DNA of 63,269 nucleotides, the filler included, from Reticulomyxa filosa (Eukaryota > Protista > Foraminifera): assembly GCA_000512085.1 (NCBI GenBank). It is 13 parts of 13 records of this genome, joined end to end, with 100 filler letters (N's around TTAATTAATTAA, not from the genome) between each part and the next. Parts side by side here need not be neighbours in the genome. Positions count along the whole stretch, not along the records: positions 6,250 to 15,170 come from ASPP01018648.1; positions 15,271 to 37,905 come from ASPP01025328.1; 11 more parts are not named here. The stretch is one strand, 5' to 3'. The notes under the pieces were generated by a model. It worked only from the letters and a program-made list of their open reading frames with translations, was not told where the DNA came from and did not search any database. Below, one piece after another: positions 14,201 to 26,426 of this stretch; position 1 is the stretch's first letter, and each line of letters begins with the position of its first letter. Both the position numbers and the translations under genes were made by a program.

Positions 14201-15116
14201 TTGCCAGACTTTGATTCAGCAGCTTTTGGATGCGAAGGAACGGCCAAAAGGGCGCCTTGCTTTTCTGCATGCGAGACTCAGGTCCTAGCATCCCAATAGT
14301 CCTTGTACTCGAAATTGGACTGCCCACTGTCTCTTCCGACTTGCTCGTGGAGTCTTTTGCCTGTAGAGTTGGCAGCTCCGAGCTATTTGAGGACCCCCGT
14401 TTCGTCCACAACTGGTCGAGTTGTCTGTTGCCTTCCCTTTGTCGTTTGAATGATATCGTTCGACGTAGTTTGGATTCATTGCTATTGTCTTTATCTTTAT
14501 CTTTATCATTGCCATTGGTCTCTTGTTGAAACTTTATCGAAGGTACATTTTTTGCTGTTCGTCGAGCCTTAAGACGTCGAATGCCGGTTTCCACAATTTG
14601 CCTCGAGTTTTTAATGCCTGTCTCGTCGATGAGATATGAGTGCGACGATACGTCTTGAATCCGATTGGGCGTGGACTTGACTCGTGCAAGGGTCGGCGCA
14701 CGCGAGTGCATGGGCGTGGCGATCGACTCTCGGAACAGCATTGGCGTGGCTCTGCTTTCCTCATCGAACAGTGACGTGGTTCGAATTTGTATCGTTGGCT
14801 GCACTTTGTTATCTTCCTCTTCTTCTTCGTTTTCTTCTTCTTCTTTTTCCTCCTCTTCATTCTTCTCGTCATGCTTAGTCGCCATCATGGCCCGATCACC
14901 CTTCCCCGCTTTGTCTTTCGCAGACGTCTGTGACTCTTTCCCCACGTTCGCTTTGGCACTTGCATGCGCGTCAGCTTTGCTATTGTTCAAAGTCGATGGC
15001 ACATTGTTGCCGAAATTGGCATCGATCAGAGTGTTGTGAGGGACATGGGATGTTCTCCCTTTCATTCTGTTTTTGTATCTTTCCTCTTCCGTCCTGCTTC
15101 GGCATAACACACACAC
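11229..15116 (-). CDS. Atypical formin (FH2 domain plus C-terminal RPEL motif), multi-exon, 5' truncated
   Basis: FH2 lasso SWNWVPI...GTLW; post region LRKLLQIVLAFGNFLH...GFHLESLRTLKTVKS...TLLAYI; RPEL motif KLEAHIMKRPSVHELKNKNIL at 11597-11526. Confidence 0.85.
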
Positions 15117-15131
15117 AAAGAAATTTTATTA

Positions 15132-15170
<39 letters not shown>

Positions 15171-15270
15171 NNNNNNNNNNNNNNNNNNNNNNNNNNNNNN
15201 NNNNNNNNNNNNNNTTAATTAATTAANNNNNNNNNNNNNNNNNNNNNNNNNNNNNNNNNNNNNNNNNNNN
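15171..15270. other. Artificial contig linker
   Basis: Same 100-bp spacer. Confidence 0.99.
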
Positions 15271-15881
15271 TGTAATAATTTTCAATGTTAAAATAATGAC
15301 ATAATTATTATTGGTCATATATCCGTCTTATGTGTTATCCTAAACTAAAATATCTTAATTCATATCTTTGTAGTTTTTTTGTTATAAAAGATAAAATCTG
15401 ATATTTTTGCACCTCACTTGAAGAAAAAATGTTTTTATGAACAAAATCCAAGTGCAAATGTTGTGAGCTTGTCGTAAATTGGTTAACTTTCGCACGTTAA
15501 TGTATGGATTGAGTGGCACTATCAACACATCGATGATATCTTCGTTCAACTCTTTGTGCAAAAAACTGGTACAATGCTCATTCTATTTTTGTCTTCGTGG
15601 TACCAATGTTGGATATATGTGCATATCTTTGTCATTTGGCTCATCAAATCGTTTTGCACTAACAAATCCACCATCAATTGGTACGATGCAAGTGCACAAA
15701 TTAATACTATATCAACAGTTCGAATCGCTCGCACCACTCATCGCTATGGTACTCCGACTTCAAATGCCAAAACAAATGGTGTCCAATTTGCCACGGTCTA
15801 TTGATCGCATGATAGTCGTCGCCTATTTGATACTTCTGAAAGGCTCCATCGAGACCAACAGACTTTGGTAACACTCTTGCA
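15271..15881 (+). repeat. Left arm of 611-bp inverted repeat
   Basis: Reverse complement of 16482-17092; three identical ORF translations occur on opposite strands (coordinate sum 32363). Confidence 0.97.
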
Positions 15882-15975
15882 TGCGAAAAACGTCTTGTGA
15901 TTGGCGCGCATAGTTCGTCTTGTCCACACGATTCAGCTTTCTTATGTCCGATGACGTTTGTGCTAGCTGGGCTAG
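15450..15975 (-). pseudogene. Class I PI3-kinase helical-domain fragment, disabled
   Basis: QIGHHLFWHLKSEYHSDEWCERFELLI*Y* and VLIVPLNPYINVRKL match PI3K IGH.LFWHL[KR]SE.H...RF.LLLE.Y and PLNP; stops and frameshifts present. Confidence 0.75.
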
Positions 15976-16099
15976 AAAAGAATTTACGCTATGAAAAGGC
16001 AAAAGCATTAAGTAAGATTGGTTAACTGATTCATGAAAGGATAATATCTGAAATCCAAGTAAATACATAAGTAACAAATTATATAATGGTAATTATATT

Positions 16100-16440
16100 T
16101 AGAATAATACCAGTAGCATTAATATTTATATACATTTTTCCAAGATAGAATAAATGTACATCATGTAAGACATGCATTTTCGGACATTTGCAAAGCAATT
16201 GAACTCTTTCAAAAAATAGTAAAGGCAGTCTATTAATTGGAGATTTAAATACAGGAATGAAGCAGAGAGATACATGTACCATACTGTTGTAAGCTAGATA
16301 TGTTCAGTGGTTTGTAATAGAAGTATTGAGTAAAATTGACGAAGATATCGTATTAGATATGTCACAACACAAACCAAGAATAATATTAGAAAAAATAAAT
16401 GAAAAACAAACAAGAATTAGAAGTAAGCTGAAGTAATATA
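16100..16440 (+). mobile_element. Possible remnant of an APE-type (EEP family) endonuclease of a non-LTR retrotransposon
   Basis: Spaced motifs LIFIYIFP ... LLIGDLNT ... MSQHKPRII resemble the EEP motifs YxP, GD[FL]N and SDHxP; interrupted by stops. Confidence 0.35.
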
Positions 16441-16481
16441 ACAGCTACTATACGCATACCAAATTGAACAACAAATAATAT

Positions 16482-17092
16482 TGCAAGAGTGTTACCAAAG
16501 TCTGTTGGTCTCGATGGAGCCTTTCAGAAGTATCAAATAGGCGACGACTATCATGCGATCAATAGACCGTGGCAAATTGGACACCATTTGTTTTGGCATT
16601 TGAAGTCGGAGTACCATAGCGATGAGTGGTGCGAGCGATTCGAACTGTTGATATAGTATTAATTTGTGCACTTGCATCGTACCAATTGATGGTGGATTTG
16701 TTAGTGCAAAACGATTTGATGAGCCAAATGACAAAGATATGCACATATATCCAACATTGGTACCACGAAGACAAAAATAGAATGAGCATTGTACCAGTTT
16801 TTTGCACAAAGAGTTGAACGAAGATATCATCGATGTGTTGATAGTGCCACTCAATCCATACATTAACGTGCGAAAGTTAACCAATTTACGACAAGCTCAC
16901 AACATTTGCACTTGGATTTTGTTCATAAAAACATTTTTTCTTCAAGTGAGGTGCAAAAATATCAGATTTTATCTTTTATAACAAAAAAACTACAAAGATA
17001 TGAATTAAGATATTTTAGTTTAGGATAACACATAAGACGGATATATGACCAATAATAATTATGTCATTATTTTAACATTGAAAATTATTACA
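16482..17092 (-). repeat. Right arm of 611-bp inverted repeat (carries a second copy of the PI3K fragment on +)
   Basis: Reverse complement of 15271-15881. Confidence 0.97.
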
Positions 17093-17240
17093 CAAAAAAA
17101 TTGCATTCTCAATTGATTCCAATAGTCGTATTGACCATGATTTTGTCTTTAAATATCTTGAACAAACTTTTTGATTCAAAATTTGTTAAGTAAAACCACA
17201 AAGTCATTTTGTCAGTACTAGCAAGTGACAGAAAGAACTT

Positions 17241-17340
17241 CCAAAAACTCTACATTAATTGGAGTAACACCCAAAAAAACTCTGATTTAATTGGAGTAAT
17301 TCCAAAAAAATTCTGCATTAATTCGAGAGACTCCAAAAAA
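17241..17340. repeat. Degenerate ~31-bp tandem repeat x3
   Basis: CCAAAAA(A)CTCT..ATTAATTGGAGTAA-like units. Confidence 0.7.
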
Positions 17341-17892
17341 GCTAGTTTGAGTTTTTAATGAATAACACGATGAAAAAAGACTAAAATCGCATTAATGTTT
17401 GCTCAATTATTATCCAAAATATTTTCCTCAATAATATTTTGCATTTTGAAATTGACAAGATTAGACATTCATTTTATTACAAACAAGTTTATAATGAATA
17501 TGATAAAAAGAACAAAAAATAGACACAAAAAATAGTTTTTGTGAAATCATACTTTCATGTTGGATTGTTTCCACTTCTGCGTCCTAATACATTCAAGAAA
17601 CATTATTATTCCAATGATAATTATCAAATTACAAATTAATAAATTTGTCCTCAATAATAATAACTTTCCAAATAAATGATCAAAAGCGATCTAGGAAATC
17701 AAGGTAGTTTTTTTTTTTAAGTTTTTTTCAGTCTACTTTTGATTGAAAGTATACAAAATACTCCATTTTTTTTTGGAGTATATCAATAAAAGGCTGTATT
17801 TGAGGAAATGGCAACGGTTAACATGCCAACAAAGTTACTTGGGTTGACGGATTTTTAGGGCAAAAAATTGTCAACAAAAATTTTGTCCTGAT

Positions 17893-17974
17893 ATGTACAA
17901 ATGTTTAATTGAATATTTTTCAATGAACTTAAAAAATTTGTTTTAAAACTTTATCAAATATATTATTTTGTATT
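17893..17974 (+). repeat. ~80-bp dispersed direct repeat, copy 1
   Basis: Near-identical to 37825-37905 (TTTTCAATGAACTTAAAAAATT...AACTTTATCAAATATATTATTTTGTATT). Confidence 0.85.
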
Positions 17975-20900
17975 CATTTGAAACAAAAACAAAATTGAAT
18001 TGAGTAAGAAATTTCTAGAAAAGTAATAATCTAAAAAAGTCTAATAATTAAAAAAATCTACTTCAAAAAAAAACTTGGCATAGAATTTCTTTGTCCAAAT
18101 CTTGTTAGTCCGCATTGCATTTCAGCTTATTGACATGACGATCAGATTGGCTTCCAAGTATCGACTTGCAAATCCTGCCAATTATCCTCAGCATCCGACG
18201 GACGAATCTCCAGTTCATTGCCGCAAACATACTTCGACTATGCTATACGTATTTAAATATTAAAAACAAATGTCCTTTATCTTTTGCTTAGCTTCATTTT
18301 TTACAAATACAATGATATACAGATTTCTTTGAAGTGGCAGCCTTGGAATTACAAAAAAGATCCGTCAAAAGTGTCAAATCAATACAATAATGAAGAGAGT
18401 ATAGAGCAAACTGTTGTGTGTAAGAATATCAAGAGAAAGATTGAGATGAAAAATAAATAAATTAAGATTGGTTTGTATGTTGCGGAATGGAGGTGATAGT
18501 AATGATAGACTGTAACGTGACCACTGATAAATTGAACACATTGCTGAGCCGTCGAACGGAGCGAATGGGCGCATTATGCGAGCTGAACGAGCGACTAAAT
18601 TGCAACGAGTCGGTCTGCGAAAGTGTTTGTGGATAACAGCAATTGGTTTGCGCCCAATGGCTCGCACTTTTACATCAGACAAGTGTTTGCATCGATCCGT
18701 CATTACTGAGTGCTCTACACGCAGATAAATTGCGATCGAGAAATGGTGACTAGTGCTACGCCATCGCGTGCAGCGATATCGACTTTTTTATCATCGATGT
18801 GCCGTTGCACATTCAATTCCGTTCGCTGAATTTCAGTCATCGCACAAAGTATATCGAGTTTGTGGTTGTCACATTGTGACTTTTTGTCTGCCGCCAGTTT
18901 GAGATTGACAAGAAAAAGAAAAAGAGATTATTATGAGAAAGTATATTTTATATGATAAATAAAATAAAAAATATTTATACATATATAAATATATAGCGAC
19001 TAAGGTGAAATTGAAACAACAAAAATTACCTCAATCAGCATCGATCTTGGATTGTGATGTGTTGGACAAGAGCGAAGGTCACCTGACGATGCTCTTGGAT
19101 CAATATTAGTGTCGTAATAGATCACATGTGGACATTGTTGACAACTACTTGAGATGATTGAAACAGAAACAAAACAAAATAACAATAACAAAAACAGTGA
19201 CAATAATATCAAAAAAAAATACAATGAAATTTCATATTTACTGAAACGGTTATTTCGTGCTGCTGACTGCTTTTACTTTTGTCAGTGCAGCTTCGTCGTC
19301 CATGAATGATGGTAATCACAATAACCAGTCGACAGTCACTTTGTCCAATGCAGTAACGACGACTGCTCAAGACATAGATAGACATGACGCTAAAGAACGT
19401 GAAAGGTTGTTAGATTTGAAACATGAATCAGTGGGTGGATATTTCAGACATGAATCGGATAACACCATGAGTGAGTCATCTTTGACAAGCGACAATATTA
19501 CGTTCACTGGCATTAGCGAACTATCACTTTGGACTCTCAAGGTGATGACACATCCAAACATAAAACACATGCCTCCAAAATGTGTTTTTCATTCCAAAAC
19601 AAATAACACAATTACACTTCTGCAAAAGAATAAATGTATTTTCTCGAACAGTGGTAAAGCAACAAGGACATTCAGGCTAACCTCTCCAGTTTCTATCAAT
19701 AACAAAGAAAGCATCCCACTGGAAATTAGCACAAATACTGACACTAGTTCGTCCATTGGAAAATCTTGATCCAAGTTTGTATATAAATAGATATATCAAA
19801 AGTAACGTGTTTTTTTTGTTTTGTTTTGATTGATTGACAACTATCACTTCTTCAAACCAATCAAAAAAAAGTATATCTTTGTCACTATCCTTTTTCTCCC
19901 CCTTATTGTTTTGTTTCGTTACAAAGACCCAAGAACAGATCAACCAAAGAAGGCGCCCATAAGCAACATGGTAACAGAAAAGACGATGAAAATGGAAAGA
20001 AGTGAAGTATCTGAAGAAAATGTACGTACATCATCAGCACAAGGGAAAACTTAAGTGGGTGGGTCTGTTTTGGCAAATCGTTTGTGCAAGCTGGAAAAGG
20101 AGATCAAGGGATTGAACGCGGAGATACCAACGAGAGAGATTGCAGCATGACAATACGAGGGACGCGTTGCAGCGCAAAATGCGAGCATTGGAGGAGACGT
20201 TGTATTTGCAAAGCTCGGATAAGAACATTGCAACGAACAACAAAAAGATGATATACTTTAGAATGAACACAAGCAGATGTTCGGAAACCATCTGCGATCT
20301 GTGCAGCGAGAAATGGGCATAATACTAACAAAATGAAGCATACCAAACGACGGCGATTAAATAGCAGTCAAGAAACGGAAAAGACAATAATTACTGTCAA
20401 AATGGAGACTGGTGAAGTTGTTATTGCAATAATAATGCAGCCTTCGCTTACGAATACAAGTACGAGCACAGGTGTGAATGCAAGTATTAATACAAGCATA
20501 AATGTAAGTACAAATGTAAGTGTAAATGCATATCAATGGCAGTGGACTGGAGCTGGCGATAGACGACGCGGTGGTGAACAGGTTGGAGAAGGGTAATAGT
20601 AATGACGACATAGGTGACAACTTATCGACAGGATCATTGCCGACAATATGTCCTTATCGGCGTAGAGATGCTTATACAATTGATTCATCGATGATGTGAA
20701 AAGAATATCAATGCTATTAAAGGCATTACCTTGAAATCATAGGTACTGCGGTCTCTTCTTTCATCCAGTATCACTGAAATCAAAATGGAAAAGATGACAA
20801 CGGAAATGATGATAATCAGAACGATAATTATAATAGCAACAACAATCTTGAACACTGAAATGCAGACAAATTATGAACAAAAGAGGGGACAACGGTATGA

Positions 20901-21780
20901 ATTGTGTATATTTTGGTACATCTTTACCTTTCTCTTTCACATGAGCATGAATACATTTGCAAGGAACATAAGCAGCGACGGCGTCGCAGTTATATTGGAC
21001 ATATCATAAGAAAAAAAGACATTGATGAAAAATTTCTTTGTTGTCTTTGCACAAAATTTTTTAAACTATTAAACAAAAAGCATCTATCAAAAAAAAAGGT
21101 GATACAAAAAAAAACGTATAGCTTCGTGAAGATTTTGACAAGCAAAACCACTACATTAGACTTTGAGCCACAAAAAACGACAGTATTTTGACGACGACAA
21201 ATGCGAAAGATATTAATAATAATAATGATAATAACAACAACAGATACGCAAAAGCGAAAGAGTGGCACTTCAGCTCGTCGATTGATGGACGACACTTCTG
21301 ATAGCATGGACGCAAACGACAGACTGCAGGCGAAGCCGACGCCCTCGTACAGCTTGATACACTCGCATGCTGTAGAATCCAGTCTGTATCAAACTTTGCA
21401 ATTCAAAACTCAGAAAAAGTCCTTTTCTATCATCCAGTTTTGTTTTTTTTTCTTAATCTTTTTTTTTCATTGCTTCGAAGTCACTTTTCTGCTTGTTTTT
21501 ATTTGTTTATTTGTTTCGTAGTCCCATTCAATTTCTAGTAACAATGGTATCTGTGAAGACTTCGGCCAGAATTGAATGACAAAGACTCAGTTTGAATCAG
21601 TTGATTCAAACTTTGTGATGGCAAAGCAGCAGCGTGTTATCCAATCCAGCGGGGTTACTGCTTCGTCAAGACTCTTTGGGTACCACCACTAGTGTGCAAA
21701 ACGCAAACCAGTCGAACAATCACAACAAAGTCTTAGCAGACAATTCCAATGGCAGCTTACAATCAACACGTGAAACAATC

Positions 21781-22630
21781 ATACAACTGCCCCTGTGGTG
21801 GGCACAGTTACCAATGATTGCATGTTTAGAAGCCAAAGCGGCGAGCATTGAAGAGAATTTGTTCGGTGAGGACTGCCTAAACAGTGGCTGTGTGCCTAGC
21901 AAGGCATTGTTGAAAGCTGCAAGGTCGCGTTGTACGGCATTAAGCGTGCGGAAGAATTTGGGTTAAAAATTGAAGGAAAAGTTACTGTCGACTTCCAGAA
22001 GGTGATGGAAAGAATGTAAAAAATAATGTTTCATTTTTTTTTTAAAAAAAAAAAGAAAAGTTATAAATAATAATTTATACTTGCTCTAAGTATTTTACAA
22101 ATACTATGTACATATATTGTATACACACAAAAGGATTGAACACTTTTGAATGAAAGGGACAGTGGTTGGAATGAAATGTGAATAGAGCATAGATCTCTCA
22201 TCACGATGCTTGTGAACGTTTACGTCGAAAATTTATATCGAAAAATAAGATAAAGGTCGGCGATAATGTTGGAGTTTGCACATGCATTAATTGCAGCCGG
22301 GGGACAGCAGTCGGTTCCGCCCATCCCAGGAGTGAACACCATAGAATACTTGACCGATCATTCGTTGTGAAATTTGATGGAGTTGCCGTCCAAAATGGCA
22401 GTGATCAGATCCGGATCGATTGGCTGCGAGATCGTCCAAGCGTTTGCGCTGTTTGGTTCGCACGTGATTGTTCTCAATCGAAGAGACTGAATACTGGGAA
22501 AAGAGGATTACGAGTCTTCTCAAGTGGTAAGTGAATCGACGGAATCGTGTGGTGTCCATTTTATGCTTGGGGTGTCGTATAAATCAATCCGACCAAAGGA
22601 AAGGCGGGCATTAAAATTGTCGTTGAACGT
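21781..22630 (+). pseudogene. Class I pyridine nucleotide-disulfide oxidoreductase (mercuric-reductase/Lpd-like), disabled
   Basis: Redox motif GEDCLNSGCVPSKALL; then VDFQKVMERM and PPIPGV...YLTDHSL*NLMELPSKMAVIRSGSIGCEIVQAFALFGSHV...*ILGKED; stops and frameshifts present. Confidence 0.85.
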
Positions 22631-22744
22631 GCGGAAGAACTTATTGTTATTATTTTTTTTTTTTTACGTGGTCCTGTATGCTACTGTCTTTTTTTAAACA
22701 AAAAAAAAAGTGTAATATATTCATATATTGAAAGAGTGAAAGAA

Positions 22745-23230
22745 GCAAAAAGTGGCAATAAAGTGATAAGTAAAAAGAGTCAAGAAACGCATCTTATCAG
22801 TACAGTTCGCACGAAGTGAATGCATTGAAGATGCTACCTCATCACAGGCAAGTTGTTCGTTTGCTAGAAGTGTTGGAGAGCAAATAAATGTTATATATTG
22901 TGTTGGAATTGGTCGAATGTGGAGAATTGTTCAACAAAATAAGTACAAATACAACTATGTGTGTTCAATTCCATTTAATCAAAATATGTTTTTTTTTGGC
23001 TAGTCGAAAAAAAAACAACAAAACAAAACAAAATGTTAAGCGAAATGTAAACGTTGCAAGAATGTATTTCCAGCAACTGCTAAACGGTATTCAATGTATG
23101 CATAAGCATAAAATATGTCAAATATATTTGAATGTAGATGTTTTGTTGAAAAGTGCAATAAATATATCCACTATATTATATACAATGTATATGAACAACA
23201 AAAGAAAATATATTGGCCGAAGAGATCTAT
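22745..23230 (+). pseudogene. Ser/Thr kinase fragment (CAMK/SNF1-like, subdomains II-VIb), disabled
   Basis: KVAIKVI; EVNALKML.H..VVRLLEVLESK*MLYIVLELVECGELFNKI; ARMYFQQLLNGIQCMH; RRDL. Confidence 0.8.
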
Positions 23231-25279
23231 ATTTCATTGCTCTTTGCTTTTCTTTTTCTTTTTCTTGTTCAATATCTGCTTTTTCTGTTTTGTCATTACT
23301 ATGTGCAAACACAAGTAACTAATTTGATAACTCTGTGTCCAATTGCTTGCCTTTTACCAGATGTCAATATCATCAACCCGAAACACGTTTATACTTTGTA
23401 GAAGATCATACACTGAGATACACTTATCATTGATTGTGTTCAATGAACTGGGTAAAGGCAAATACAAATCTATGAAAGCCAACTGTCGATACGTGACCGA
23501 GAAAGCAATGTTCAAATGGATGCAAGACTAGAGACTCGACAGTTAGAACGATACAACTTTGTTGACATTAATGATCTGAGCAAATGAAATTTCAATGATT
23601 TGATTAAAGACATTAGCAACAGTGACACCGAGCCACCATTCCAAAGTCCAAACTGCGACACTAAATGATCGATTGCATTTCCCAATTGCGGCGATCACAA
23701 ATGGACTGTCCGGGTCATTTACGTGAGGTTCCTTTGCAACAGTACTACTAGTTCCAACAGAGATATCCCTTTGTTGTCGCTACATTGGAGCTATCGTCTA
23801 ACATTTCGCGAAACAGCAAATACAATTGATACGAAGCGTTCATTCCTTAAAAGGCTTTTTTCGCAACATTGCGAATCCTCGCGAGACGCCCACCATAATG
23901 GATATGCTGTTGCATTCTTAGCAAGTGAACAAAGGTTATCTTTTGACAACTTGCAGCCCAAGTATCCACAGCAACGTGTGGATGTGGATACATCGTCGTC
24001 ATTTGTCCAGTCCATTGTAATTGCAAAGTCTGGTTTTTTGAAAACTGTTGAAACCCTTTCATTGCAACTTCCACAAACATGCCCCAAGCTTGCCAAATGT
24101 TTTCACTGCCACCGATAGCCCGATTCCACAACGCAGATGAAAAAAAATGCTACTTCAATGACCTTGCTTCGTTTCAATCACTTTTTGATATATCCGAATT
24201 TATATTGCCGCATAAGATGCTAACAAACGACTGCATTGCGATGTACTGCACGCCATTTCAATCACTTTGATTGGGCATTCTTTAAACAATCGCGGACTTA
24301 ATACAAACCAAAAAGGTAGTCATATACTATCAGAACACCTGCACCATAGCTTTGTATTTCATTACTATGCGACTTGTCAGCGTCGTAGCAGGCTTTAGAA
24401 TGGCTCATAAATGCACATTGATGTCCGTCTCGGCGCTCTCGTTGGTGTTGGCAATGTCTTGGATACTTGTCCACAAATGCCAGTGCAAAGACGTCGAACA
24501 ATTTGCGTCGCCTCTTTTTGCTTCGCACGTTATCAATCAATGTGCCAATACTTTGCGTGGCAATAGCTTTGATATACTCAACTGGACTTAACTCTGGATT
24601 GAATTTGGAGTAGATGCACCACTTGGCCAATGACAACAACGTATCTACCAATTTGTCATCGTCTCTCAATACAATAGTAGTGCCATTGAAAGGCACACAG
24701 CATTACATACGTATTTATACTCGGATACAGCTCCTGCTAGATACATTCGTCGCGAAACTGTCCGCGCAAAAGTATAACAATATCGAGTCCAGATTGTAAC
24801 TAGTCACAAATTCTATCATCCAGTTAGTCTCCAATGAGTATTTGGACAGCGTCTGTGTCTTCACTCCCGATCAGTACAATATAAACTTGCACATTACTCA
24901 GTCTTTTACTGAGTCTATCACCAGCAACTATAAACACATATTTAATCACTCCGATTTGGTATAGTATACGTTTATAGAAAAATGATACGTAAGACAAAAG
25001 CAAACTTGAGAAATGACGTCTTTGCATTTCTTAGCCAAATTAGTAAGTAACAATAAAGGAGCCTCCTGGATCTTGAGATACATTTCATGAACATTTTGCG
25101 AAAAATAGAAGGACTCCGACACCAGTCAGCCTGTTTGCTTTGTCAATCATTTTTTATGGTTTCCGAGCGATCAATTAATACATACAAAGCCATACCAATC
25201 TCGGCGACTAAGAGCTGGACTTGTCCCAAATGAAAGAGTTTCATAGTCTTCAAATGGAAGAAGATGTCCCCACATCTTT

Positions 25280-25653
25280 AATAGTCCAAAGCAAAGTACA
25301 ACTTTAAATCTGACATGATTTGATTACATATCAACATTATCATTATCAATGATGAATAGTTTTTTTTATATATTAAAAAAGACAACAACAAAATACTTAT
25401 AAATAATAAAAGATATTTTTCATTTTTACTAAAAAAAACAAACAAATGGAAAAATTTATTTAATGCATTAAAATAAAGCATTCTATGTAAATTGCTGATT
25501 TTTGTTATAAAGTTTTAATCTTTATCTATTTAATGTAAAAGTGTTTTTGAAACTTTTTTATATTTCTGAATAAAATAAAATGTATAACAATTTTGAAAAA
25601 GAGAAATTCAAATATCATTTATTTTGTAATTGCATTATAAAATTTTGATTCTA
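25280..25653 (+). repeat. ~380-bp dispersed direct repeat, copy 1 (upstream region plus 5' end of a minus-strand gene remnant)
   Basis: Aligns by eye with 32963-33364, including a long near-identical core (CAAATGGAAAAATTTATTTAATGCATTAAAATAAAGCATTCTATG...). Confidence 0.9.
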
Positions 25654-26426
25654 ACGTCTTTCCACAAAGGGAGTAAATTATCAATATTTACGACAGTTAT
25701 TAATACTCAACTGCAAATGTTCTTTTTGGTGAGCCATGTGAAGCCAAAAATACACTTTTCTTTGGGTTATCTGGAAATGATGAAAAGCTGGAATATAGCT
25801 TTCCTGTGATTCGTTGCATCAACGTGTTGCATCGTTTTTTTGTCTTGCAATCATGTGATGTTGAATTTGGGCATTACTTGTTCTACCCGGCCTATCTATT
25901 TTTGTTTCAGCTCATCTAAACAAGATTTATACACTACATCTTTATGTTTATTTTTTACAAATAACTTGTACATTCAAAAAAAAAAACAAACATTCAAGAT
26001 TCGAATTCATTTTGTTGTATGAAATGTTTTTTCTGATATAATTTGTGATCAACAAAGGGGCAATTAAAAACTACAAAAAAAAAGATTGAACACAAACTTT
26101 TTCGTAGATATTATCTAAGACTCTTTACTTGTATTTAAAATTCTATATCATCAAGTAAATAACAAACTATTAGTTCTATCAAAAAAACAAATCTTGTTTT
26201 TCTTCATGAAATAAATTTTCCAAAACTATTGCTTTGTACAAAAAAACTTCAAAAATGTAAACTTTCTTAAATCAAAAATTTTTTTTTTTTTTTATCAGCA
26301 GATTCATGATGCTGATATGATAGCAGGAAGAAAAAAGAAGAAGTTAGCTTAAAACGATTACGGATGGGGGTTTTTTTATAAATTTTTTTTGAAATAAAAG
26401 AAAAAAGAAAAAAGAAAAAAATATTA

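Noticed and set aside
15479-16884. Twin 130-aa ORFs as a real duplicated gene
   Set aside because: They are antisense shadows of the PI3K pseudogene within the inverted repeat.
17241-17340. CRISPR-like array
   Set aside because: Units are tandem and degenerate with no unique spacers; eukaryotic context and no cas genes.
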